From: Spirochaetota bacterium | GTDB taxonomy: Bacteria > Spirochaetota > UBA4802 > UBA5550 | DNA: 46,383 nt | NCBI GenBank assembly: GCA_050298055.1 | Contig: JBNKTL010000007.1 | Span: forward strand, 1 to 46,383 | Direction: 5' to 3' | Part shown: positions 20,001-29,200 of the stretch, in pieces | Layout of the letters: every line of letters begins with the position of its first letter | Position numbering within the stretch: the stretch's first letter is position 1 | Translations under genes and position numbers: made by a program | The notes under the pieces: generated by a model | Seen by the model: only the letters and a program-made list of their open reading frames with translations | Told to the model about the DNA's origin: nothing | Databases searched by the model: none

Positions 20001-21149
20001 ATGTCGTCAACTTTTCTTCCCTGCGGAAAATATCATGAAAGCTATAGAGAGGACCATGCCTGGTGGCAGACCAGGTTTATCAAGGGAAAGATGCTTCTTC
20101 TCGCAGCATCTGTTTTTATCATTATCCCCCTTATTTCAAACGACTACTGGTTGAGTCTTTTTAATATTCTCGGTTATACAATTCTCGGCGCACTGGGTGT
20201 GCAGCTTCTTATCGGTTACTGCGGCCAGCTGACCCTGGGACACGGCGCATTTATCGCCATGGGCGCGTATATCAGCTCGATTATGCTTGTTGTTTTTCCC
20301 TGGCCCCAGTGGATGAATGATGCGGGGATCGCGTACCCGGCGAGCATACTCATAGCCTGCGTTTCATCGGGGATATGGAGTGTTCTCTTCGGTCTTCCTT
20401 CCGCGCGGGTAAAAGGGTTTTACCTTATCCTGACAACAATGGCCGCTCATTTTATTACTTATAAGTTTATCCTTGAACAGGTTGCCGTGAGTTTTACCCG
20501 GAAAGGAAACAACTTTTCTCTCTCCTATGAGAAGACAAAGATCGGGCCCTGGATCATTGACAGTGTAAAGGATGTCTATTTTCTCATGGCCGTTTTTGTG
20601 ATAATATCTACGATCATCGTGGCAAACCTCATCCGTTCTCGGGTGGGCCGGGCCTGGATTGCCATTCGTGATAATGACATATCCGCCGAGGTAATGGGGA
20701 TAAATATTGTTAAGTATAAATTGCTTGCTTTTTTCGTAGCAGGGTTTATTGCTGGGCTGGCAGGAGTGCTGGTTGTTGTCAACGCACACATGTTCAATAT
20801 CGAATATTTTGAATGGTTCCTCTCCCTCTGGCTTGTGGGGATAATCCTCATCGGGGGTGTGGGATCAATTCACGGTGTAATATTCGGTTCACTCTTTATG
20901 GTCATTGGAATGGAGTTTCTGCAGATGGGAGTTGACTTTCTCTCTTACGATCTGCCTTCAATGCTTCAGCAGATCGGATGGGACGCAATCGCGGTAAAAT
21001 TCCAGGGGCTCTCCAATGCATTTAACTATATAAGGGACGCGTTTTTTGGTCTCCTGATCTGCCTGTTTCTGATTTTTGAACCTCATGGGATGGCTTACAG
21101 GTGGTGGCAAATTAAGAACTATTTTAACCTCTGGCCATTCTCATACTGA
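20001..21149 (+). CDS. ABC transporter permease (LivM-like)
   Basis: GYCGQLTLGHGAF, SRVGRAWIAIRDN, IGGVGSIHG. Confidence 0.92.
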   Translation: MSSTFLPCGKYHESYREDHAWWQTRFIKGKMLLLAASVFIIIPLISNDYWLSLFNILGYTILGALGVQLLIGYCGQLTLGHGAFIAMGAYISSIMLVVFPWPQWMNDAGIAYPASILIACVSSGIWSVLFGLPSARVKGFYLILTTMAAHFITYKFILEQVAVSFTRKGNNFSLSYEKTKIGPWIIDSVKDVYFLMAVFVIISTIIVANLIRSRVGRAWIAIRDNDISAEVMGINIVKYKLLAFFVAGFIAGLAGVLVVVNAHMFNIEYFEWFLSLWLVGIILIGGVGSIHGVIFGSLFMVIGMEFLQMGVDFLSYDLPSMLQQIGWDAIAVKFQGLSNAFNYIRDAFFGLLICLFLIFEPHGMAYRWWQIKNYFNLWPFSY

Positions 21150-21165
21150 TTTTTGTAATGAATGA

Positions 21166-21215
21166 GTAACTACTCAGCTATACTATAATGGATAAAAATA
21201 TAGTTGAGTCATTAT
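21166..21215. mobile_element. MITE-like element, copy 5 (minimal, ends only)
   Basis: GTAACTACTCAGCTATA...TATAGTTGAGTCATTAT inside the ABC operon, no internal hairpin. Confidence 0.6.
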
Positions 21216-21242
21216 ATTTGTTAAATTTTAACGGAGGAGATT

Positions 21243-22478
21243 ATGAAAGTAAAAACCTATTTAGTGCTTTTTGCCGCTGTACTCATATCAGGTATACTGG
21301 TAAGTTCATGCGGGAAAAAGCAGGATGCAGGTAATGTCTTAAAGCTCTGCTCGCTGAATGACCTTACCGGTGCCACATCAACTGTTGGTGCGGATTACGC
21401 AAGAGGAGTTAAGGAAGCCATTGCCTATGTAAATGACAATGGCGGCATCAACGGGAAAAAGATCGACCTTTTCCTTCAGGACTATGGCTACAAGGCTGAC
21501 AAGGCAAAGCAGATCTATGAAAAGTTCAAGGCCCGGGGATGTATAGCAATTCTCGGCTGGGGTTCCGCGGACACCGAGGCCCTCACAAAAACCGTAGCAA
21601 GGGACAAGATGCCCTATGTATCGGCCTCTTATTCGGCAAAGCTGAACGATCCCAAGGAAGCTCCCTACAACTTCTTTATCGCCCCCGATTACTCAACACA
21701 GGTAAGGGGACTCCTCACATCCTGGTTCAACAAGAACTGGAAGGCCAAAGGGAAAAAGGGAAGCCCGAAAGTTGCATTCGCGTATCACTTCGGACATCCT
21801 TTCTCAAGTGCTTCCATTGACGAAGCCAAAAAGCACGCAAAGTTTCTCGGTTATACAATCGGCCCGGACCAGAATGTAAGCCTCGCGGCAAAAGAAGTCC
21901 AGACACAGGTTGCCGCTCTGAAAAAATTTGGTCCGAATGTGGTTGTCCATACGAATACAGTGAGAACTGTTGCCATAACCCTTGTTGAGGCCCACGCGCA
22001 GAAGCTCAAGGCCGACCACCTGATCAAGAACTGGGGTTTTGACGAGTATCTTTACGACAGGGCAGGGAAAGCAGCAGACGGCGCTTATGGCGTTGCTCCC
22101 TGGGCATTCTACGGAATGGATGTTCCTCTTATGGACAAAGTAAAGGAGTATGCTAAAAAACTCCATCCAAATGAGAAGAAGAGGACCATTCATACAATCC
22201 AGGGCTGGGGATCTGTCCTTGCACTGGCGGAAGCTCTGAAAATAGCTGACAAATCAAAGGACCTCTCGGGAGAAGGTATCCTCAAGGCCTTTGAAACATT
22301 TAAAGACGTAAATTTCGGTCTCGGGATACCTCCGGTAACCTTTACGTCCAAAGACCACAGGTCAATGAGCGGTGTAAGTGTTTACCAGGTTAAAGGCGGA
22401 AAGTTCAGCCTTTATGATACCGTTGACATGGCAAAAGCATTTCCCAAGAAGTGGGCTACAGAGTGGCTGGGAAAATAG
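21243..22478 (+). CDS. ABC transporter substrate-binding lipoprotein (LivJ/K fold)
   Basis: LVSSC lipobox; DLTG, N.NGGINGKKI, DYGY motifs; GGAGG RBS. Confidence 0.9.
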   Translation: MKVKTYLVLFAAVLISGILVSSCGKKQDAGNVLKLCSLNDLTGATSTVGADYARGVKEAIAYVNDNGGINGKKIDLFLQDYGYKADKAKQIYEKFKARGCIAILGWGSADTEALTKTVARDKMPYVSASYSAKLNDPKEAPYNFFIAPDYSTQVRGLLTSWFNKNWKAKGKKGSPKVAFAYHFGHPFSSASIDEAKKHAKFLGYTIGPDQNVSLAAKEVQTQVAALKKFGPNVVVHTNTVRTVAITLVEAHAQKLKADHLIKNWGFDEYLYDRAGKAADGAYGVAPWAFYGMDVPLMDKVKEYAKKLHPNEKKRTIHTIQGWGSVLALAEALKIADKSKDLSGEGILKAFETFKDVNFGLGIPPVTFTSKDHRSMSGVSVYQVKGGKFSLYDTVDMAKAFPKKWATEWLGK

Positions 22479-22494
22479 ATTATTGAAAAGACTC

Positions 22495-22528
22495 TTATTC
22501 CCGCCGGCAGAAATGCCGGTGGGAATAA
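22495..22528 (+). terminator. Intra-operon stem-loop (partial terminator or mRNA stabiliser)
   Basis: TTATTCCCGCCGGCA-GAAA-TGCCGGTGGGAATAA, 15-bp stem after the binding-protein gene. Confidence 0.7.
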
Positions 22529-22550
22529 ATTAAATCAGCGAGGATATATT

Positions 22551-23372
22551 TTGACTGACTCCAACGACGACTTTATTCTGAAGATCAACAATATCGAAGT
22601 AAAATACCACGAAGTTATCCTTGTCCTCAAGGGCGTTTCCATCAAGATCCCCCGGGGAGAAATCGTCGCCCTCCTGGGAGCAAACGGGGCGGGGAAGAGT
22701 ACCACCCTGAAGGCAATATCGGGCCTCCTGAACCATGAAAACGGGAAGGTAACGGACGGTTCCATAGAATATAGGGGAGAACGTATCGATACCATAAGAG
22801 CTGAAAAGATCACCAAAAAAGGGATTGTCCAGGTCATAGAGGGACGCAAGGTCTTTGAACACCTTACCGTTGAGGAGAACCTGAAGGTTGCCGCACACCT
22901 TCGAAGGAAAGGTTCCCGTAAACTGAAGGAAGGCCTTGAGATGGTCTACAACTACTTTCCCCGGCTCAAGGAGAAGAGAAACATCCTTGCCGGTTTCATC
23001 AGCGGCGGGGAACAGCAGATGACCGTTGTAGGGAGGGCAATGATGACAGAACCGAAGCTGATCCTCCTGGATGAACCCTCCATGGGGCTTGCTCCCATGC
23101 TGATACATGAAATTTTTAATATCATTACCAAGCTCAACAAAGAGGAGAAGATATCAATGCTCCTGGTTGAGCAGAACGCCAAACTTGCCCTGAGTGTGGC
23201 TCCCTATGCCTACGTTATGGAGAATGGCCGTATCGTCATGGATGATACCTCGGAAAAACTGATGAACAATGAAGACATCAAGGACTTCTACCTGGGACTC
23301 TCCGACCACGGGGGAAGAAAGAACTTCAGGGACGTGAAGCACTACAAGCGCAAGAAGAGATGGCTTACATAA
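22551..23372 (+). CDS. ABC transporter ATP-binding protein (LivF-like)
   Basis: GANGAGKST, ISGGEQQM, LLDEPSMGLAP, VEQN; TTG start after GAGG. Confidence 0.92.
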   Translation: MTDSNDDFILKINNIEVKYHEVILVLKGVSIKIPRGEIVALLGANGAGKSTTLKAISGLLNHENGKVTDGSIEYRGERIDTIRAEKITKKGIVQVIEGRKVFEHLTVEENLKVAAHLRRKGSRKLKEGLEMVYNYFPRLKEKRNILAGFISGGEQQMTVVGRAMMTEPKLILLDEPSMGLAPMLIHEIFNIITKLNKEEKISMLLVEQNAKLALSVAPYAYVMENGRIVMDDTSEKLMNNEDIKDFYLGLSDHGGRKNFRDVKHYKRKKRWLT

Positions 23373-23381
23373 AGATAAAAG

Positions 23382-23450
23382 AAGTTTCGAGTTCCGGGTT
23401 ACAAGTTCCGGGTTGAAGAAAAGAGTTTTAGAACCGCAGATAACGCAGAG
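23382..23450. repeat. Composite repeat: 7-mer array + AAGAGTTTTAGAACCGC 9-mer module
   Basis: GTTTCGA-GTTCCGG-GTTACAA-GTTCCGG-GTTGAAGA then AAGAGTTTTAGAACCGCAGATAACGCAGAG. Confidence 0.8.
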
Positions 23451-23498
23451 TTTTTTCCTTTATATACTTTTTATTAATGAACATGCAGGAGAGGAAAA

Positions 23499-25037
23499 AT
23501 GGGACTTTATGATTATACCGTTTATGATATGATCAGGGTTAACGCAGAGTCATATGGTAAAAAACCCGCATGGTATGAGGCGGATACGGGCAGGGAAGTG
23601 ACCTTTTTGCAGATCAGGGAAGATGTGGAGAGGCTTGCCCGGGGCCTCAGGGGGCTGGGCATTCTCAAGGGTGACCGGGTTGCCGTTATGGGGATGAACT
23701 CGCTGGAATACTTCCTCGTTTATGGCGCGGCAGCATTACTGGGTGCCATAGTCCTTCCCCTTAACTGGCGGCTCTCTGAAGAAGAGATCATCACGATCCT
23801 TAATGACTGTGAACCGAAAATCATTTTTGCAGACCGGGATTATCATGAACTCGTAGAAAACTCAAAAGAGAAGACCGGTTATATCAAGCACTTCTTCAGT
23901 CTCGACTCCGGTTCAAAAAACTTCCCGGAAATTAACGAACTCCCTGACAATGACCGTGAAAATGAAAAGGGAAAAGTGAGTTCCCATGATGATTTTATCA
24001 TCATTCATACCGCCGCCGTTGAAGGAAAACCCCGGGGTGCCGTTCTCAGCCATGGGAACATGCTCTTTGCCAATATCCAGCTGGCATACGGCCTGAACAC
24101 CCGGTCTCATGACGTCCACCTGAACCTCCTCCCCCTCTTTCATGTGGGAGGGCTCTTCATGGCTTCCAGCGCATTTCACGCAGGGTCATTAAACGTCAAC
24201 ATGAGCAAATTTGACGCGAAAAAAGCCGTTGAGTTGATCGGGGAGAAGAATGTCTCGGTGATGTTCGACTTTTCGCCCATTCTTTCGTCAATAATGGAAG
24301 AGCATGAAAAGAGCAAAAAAGATATTAGTTCCCTGAAAAAGGTCATCGGCCTGGATACACATGAGAACATTGAAAAATACCAGGAGAAAACCGGGGGGAC
24401 CTTCTACTCCCTCTACGGTCAGACCGAGACCTCCTGTGTTGTCTCAATGGGATCTTATAAGGATAAACCGGGATCTGCGGGGAGGGCGATACACCTGGCA
24501 GAGATAAGGCTGGTTGATGATTATGATAATCCCGTTGAAACCGGAAGTACCGGGGAGATCTGCGTCAGGGGACCCATGGTCTTCAAGGGGTACTGGAATC
24601 TTCCCGAAGATACCGGTTACACCTTCAGGGAAGGCTGGCACCATACCGGTGACCTGGGACGCTTTGACCGGGAGGGGTTCCTCTGGTACGCGGGCCGCAA
24701 GGCGGAAAAGGAGCTGATAAAACCGGGAGGGGAGAATGTATATCCCGCCGAGGTTGAAAAGGCCATACTTGAACATCCCGTGGTAGAACAGGCAGTGGTT
24801 TTCGGTGTTCCCGATCCCAAATGGAAGGAGGGGATAAAGGCAGTGGTTGTGCTGAAAGAGGGTGAGTCATTGGAGCCTTCCGAACTCATTGAGTTTGTGG
24901 GTAAGAGGATCGCCCGGTACAAAAAGCCCCACTACGTGGAGTTTGTTAAGGAGCTTCCTGTTATGGATGACGGGAGTTTTGACAGGGCAAAGATAAAGGA
25001 GCTCTATGGGGGGGGAACAGGGATAGTTACGGGTTAA
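23499..25037 (+). CDS. Acyl-CoA synthetase / AMP-binding protein
   Basis: Variant A3 loop HTAAVEGKPRG, PLFHVGG, YGQTE, HTGDLG, GGENVYPAEVE. Confidence 0.88.
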   Translation: MGLYDYTVYDMIRVNAESYGKKPAWYEADTGREVTFLQIREDVERLARGLRGLGILKGDRVAVMGMNSLEYFLVYGAAALLGAIVLPLNWRLSEEEIITILNDCEPKIIFADRDYHELVENSKEKTGYIKHFFSLDSGSKNFPEINELPDNDRENEKGKVSSHDDFIIIHTAAVEGKPRGAVLSHGNMLFANIQLAYGLNTRSHDVHLNLLPLFHVGGLFMASSAFHAGSLNVNMSKFDAKKAVELIGEKNVSVMFDFSPILSSIMEEHEKSKKDISSLKKVIGLDTHENIEKYQEKTGGTFYSLYGQTETSCVVSMGSYKDKPGSAGRAIHLAEIRLVDDYDNPVETGSTGEICVRGPMVFKGYWNLPEDTGYTFREGWHHTGDLGRFDREGFLWYAGRKAEKELIKPGGENVYPAEVEKAILEHPVVEQAVVFGVPDPKWKEGIKAVVVLKEGESLEPSELIEFVGKRIARYKKPHYVEFVKELPVMDDGSFDRAKIKELYGGGTGIVTG

Positions 25038-25040
25038 AAG

Positions 25041-25499
25041 TTAAGAGGAAGATTTACTGATTTTCTTAAGTATTTTTATATCAAGTTTATCCTTTTCTCT
25101 ATCTGTGGCCATTTTATTTTTGATTAACTTATCTAATGATATTACGGGTATCTTCAATCCTTCGGTTTCAACAAAAATTTTATCCTCATCAGCTTCTTCA
25201 TAGGCAACACCGTCAATTTTGGTGATGATATCAATTCTCCGGGGAATCACTCCTATCTGAAAAATAACTCCTTCTTTTGAAAAATCATCGGATTGAATCT
25301 GATCCAGAGGTGCGCCAAATCGCGACAATGCTTCAAATAATTTCTTTGAATTTAAATTATCCGGTTTTACCCAGATATCAATATCCCCGGTCGCCCTTGG
25401 ATATCCATGTGTTCCCAGGGCATAGGCACCGACTAAAATAAAATCAACCTGTTCTTCTAATAATAGTTGCAACATCTCTTTGTAATCTTCGTTCAACAT
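25041..25499 (-). CDS. Minimal nucleotidyltransferase-fold protein
   Basis: VGAYAL..HG.PRATGDIDI (G..A / DxD) and NK.A..REKD..D C-terminus. Confidence 0.8.
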   Translation of the reverse strand: MLNEDYKEMLQLLLEEQVDFILVGAYALGTHGYPRATGDIDIWVKPDNLNSKKLFEALSRFGAPLDQIQSDDFSKEGVIFQIGVIPRRIDIITKIDGVAYEEADEDKIFVETEGLKIPVISLDKLIKNKMATDREKDKLDIKILKKISKSSS

Positions 25500-25635
25500 T
25501 TTGCTCCCTCACAAATGCCCAGTTGTCCTTTGTAATTTCCCAGATCATTGATATTAATTCATTCTTGTCCGCATGGACATATCCATCATCTGTTTCTTCA
25601 CCTGTATTCATTTTTTTCACTAGTTTTCTATCCAA
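25444..25635 (-). CDS. Small 63-aa partner protein upstream of the nucleotidyltransferase
   Basis: TTG start after GAGAG; overlaps the downstream gene start; ends RLQRDVATIIRR. Confidence 0.6.
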   Translation of the reverse strand: MDRKLVKKMNTGEETDDGYVHADKNELISMIWEITKDNWAFVREQNVERRLQRDVATIIRRTG

Positions 25636-25744
25636 GTTTATCTCTCATTTCTCCGGGATCTTAACAGTTCATAATATCCTGTTAAATCAGTTTCAATAAT
25701 CCTGTTATTTATTTAAGATGTCAAGAAGAATCAATTTTGAAGAC

Positions 25745-26081
25745 GTTCCGGGTTGAAGAATAATAAAAAGATGTTTCACACAGAGCTCGTAAAGCTCACA
25801 GAGTTTGATTTTTATTTATCTAATTATTTTTCAAAATCAATATTTACTTTTCCTTTAAATAATCTCGCTCTTCATAAAACAACCGCCACTTGAGCCTTAA
25901 AATCAAACATTGAAGAACTCCCCCTTCGTGAACTCTGTGCCCTCTGTGTGAAACTTCTCCTCCTCCTTTGCGAACTTTGCTTCTTTGCGGTTCCAAAACT
26001 CTCTTCTCCGTGAACCTCCGCACCTCTTAGGCTAATATCTTCCCTCTTCAACCCGGAACACGGAACACGAAACTCGGAACT
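25745..26081. repeat. Nested composite of inverted short-period repeat modules
   Basis: GTTCCGGGTTGAAGA 25745-25759 / TCTTCAACCCGGAAC 26045-26059; GTTTCACACAGAG 25773 / CTCTGTGTGAAAC ending 25954; GCGGTTCCAAAACTCT 25987-26002. Confidence 0.85.
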
Positions 26082-26202
26082 TCACCAAAAAAATACTGGC
26101 AATAACTTCAAACTCATGTTATTTTTATCAGGTAAATTTTGAAGTGTGGTGCCGATCTCACTGTCCGGTTCCATAATCCGCTTACCGGGAAGGTGCGGAA
26201 AA

Positions 26203-29200
26203 ATGACAGAGAAGAGCAAAATCCTCAGTGTAGAACAACATAAGTCTATTACTCCGCTGCTCTCAGTGGCGGCAATAAACCATGAGTGGAATGCCCACTT
26301 CAACAGTGATTTCACTGTTAACCTCTGCGACAGGAAAGGGGCTCTTCTCCCTGAGATAAGAGAGATTCTGGAAAAATATACAAAAATCAAAGAGAGCGAT
26401 CTTAAAATCCAGCTTGTGCTGAATTCGGTTGCTTATCTCGCGGGTATCTTCCCCGGGGAGAAACTCATCCGCCTCTTTACTCCCCGCCTTAACCATGAAC
26501 TTTTTCTCCGGGAGATGCTTGAAATGACCCTTCCGGAAGAGAGTCAATATTTCGAGAGTTACAGGAAATACAGGGAACATGTTGATTCCCTCAGGAACAT
26601 TGATGACGGGAGTATGATCTCTGAAATTGAATGTGCCCTTGAAATGGCCGGATACGGAGGCTTCCTTTCCGACGAACGGTTTTCCGGCATGGACCCGGTC
26701 ACGGAAGAGAAAATATCCCGCATACTCCGTGAGATGAACAGCTACAAACCGGGACTTATGGAGAAGGTCACCGACAGGCTCCTTGCACTGGCGGCGGAAT
26801 ATTCAAGCATCCGGGTCAACCTTCTCAGGTTCCTGGTCATTCTCCCCTCCCTGGACTTCGACAGAAACGGGAAGGTCACCCGAAAGGTCTTCATTGAGTC
26901 GCTGAAACACCTTCTAGAATCAAACAGCTCCGCTGAGAAGAAACTCCCCTCATGGATGACCTTTGCTACCCGGGTCACTCTCCTGAAAGCCAGGGTGCTG
27001 CCTCCGGGTATCCTGAAGTTCTTTATCAGGAAGGGGGTCAGGATCCTTGCCAGGAGGTTTATAGCGGGAGAGAATATGGGTGAAGTTGCGGCTACGGTGA
27101 GAGAACTCCTTGCCCGGGGGAGGGACGTGACACTGGACCAGCTGGGAGAGAAGGTCTTTTCGGAGAGAGAAGCAGACTCCTACAGGGACAGGGTGGTCCG
27201 GATAATAGAAGGTTTTGGCGGGTTTATCAACCGGGGCGAGATGAACGGTGCCGGTATCAACAGGGCCCATATCTCAATAAAGGTATCCGCCCTCTGTCCC
27301 GATTTCAGACCCTGTGACCGGGAATATATCTATGCCCAGGTTGCCCCGAGGCTTCTTGTTATACTCAGGGCTGCTCAAAAAGAGGATGTCTTTGTGAACA
27401 TTGATGCGGAACACTCCTCGTACAGGGACGCGGTGTTCTGGATCTGCAGAAAGCTCCTCCTTGAGAGTGAAGAGTTGAATGGATTTAATCTCATGGGATT
27501 TGTTCTTCAGGCATACATGAGGGACGCATCCCGTCACCTTGATGAAATTATCCGGCTGGCTGAAACACGGGGAGATGTAATGCCCCTGAGGCTCGTTAAG
27601 GGGGCATACTGGGATTTCGAGATGATTGAGGCGGAGGCAGCGGGACAGACTCCCCTCCTGTTCCTGAACAAGGAAGAAACCGACCTGATGTTCAGGGCAA
27701 TGACAGTGAGGATACTGGAGGAGGGTGAGCACCTTCAGCTCTGTGTGGCGTCACATAATTACAGCGACCACTGCTACGCCCAGTCAATGAGGGAGCAGCA
27801 TTTTCCCGGTTCACCGGTGATCGAACACCAGTGCCTCCATATGACCTACGAAACACTCTCACGGGGAATTATAAAGATGGGATGGGTCCTCAGGGAGTAT
27901 ATGCCGGTGGGAAGCCTTATCACGGGTACAGCATACCTTGTGAGGAGGATAATGGAAAACTCTTCCCAGGCAGGGGTCCTCTCCCTCATGAGATCTCACA
28001 GGAAGGGATACAACCCGGCCTCTCCCCTGGACCTGCACAGGGAGAAACTCTCCTCTCAAAGAAAAGTCCGTGATCTGAATACGGTCTCCTTCACGGATGA
28101 TTTTCTCAATACCGTGCCCCTGAGGACCTCTCAGGCGGAAGAGCTTGAAGGGATGATAAGAGCCCTTGAAGCTTTTTCCCGTGAGAAAAGGGACAGGAGC
28201 AATACAAACAGGTATCCCGTATCGGGAAAGGCAGTCTCCATTCACTCACCTTCGGAACCGGAAAAGAGAGTGGGGGTTATAAACTTCGCGGTTAAAGGGG
28301 ATGTGCGGAAGGCGGTGAATCTTTCCGGGAATGCATTTAAAGATAAAGAGTGGTGGAGGAGAAACGAATTTTTCAGGGCGGCAGTCCTTGCCCGGGGAGC
28401 GCTTCTTTTGAGAATGAAACGGAGCAGTTTTGCCACCCTGGTTATGCATGAAGCGGGAAAGACCCTCCGGGAAGCACTTGCGGATGTTGATGAGGCCGTG
28501 GATTTTCTCAACTTTTACGCCAGGGAAGAAATAAAACTGCAGAAGAAAACCGGGGCTTACAGGCCCCGGGGTGTCTTCGCGGTGATTGCCCCCTGGAACT
28601 TTCCCGTTGCAATACCCTGTGGCATGACCGCAGGTGCGCTGGCAGCGGGAAATTCGGTCATCCTGAAATCAGCGGAACAGACACCCCTTGCGGCTGAGGA
28701 ATTCGTACGGCTCATGCATGAGAGCGGCATTCCCGGGGAGATCCTCATTCATCTTCCCGGGTCAGGGGAGGATGTGGGAAGCGCCCTGACGGAAGATCCC
28801 GGTGTGGGGGGGATAGTATTTACCGGTTCCAAAGCGGTGGGTCTGGAAATTCTCCGGATGGGTGGATGCAGGTTTACCCGGAACAGTATAGGTGGAGAGC
28901 CCTTCCCGGTGCGGGTCATCGCGGAGATGGGAGGGAAAAACGGAATAATCGTGAGCGAAACCTCCGATCTCGATGAAGCGGTGAGCGGGATCCTTACCTC
29001 GGCCTTTAACCATGCGGGGCAGAAGTGTTCCGCATGCTCCCGGGTCATCGCGGATTACAGGATAAAGGAACACCTTGTGCAGAGGCTTAAGGACGCCGCG
29101 TCAACCCTCAGGGTCGGATCGTCTCTGGATTTTTCAACATGGATAAATCCCCTGATTTTAAAGGAAGACATGAAGAGAGTTTCGGATACTGCCGCGAAAG

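Noticed and set aside
21157..21176. TGAATGAG motif (also TCATTCA at 16242-16248) as a FadR/TetR-like operator
   Set aside because: Only half-sites are present and the 21157 one overlaps the MITE end; not supportable.
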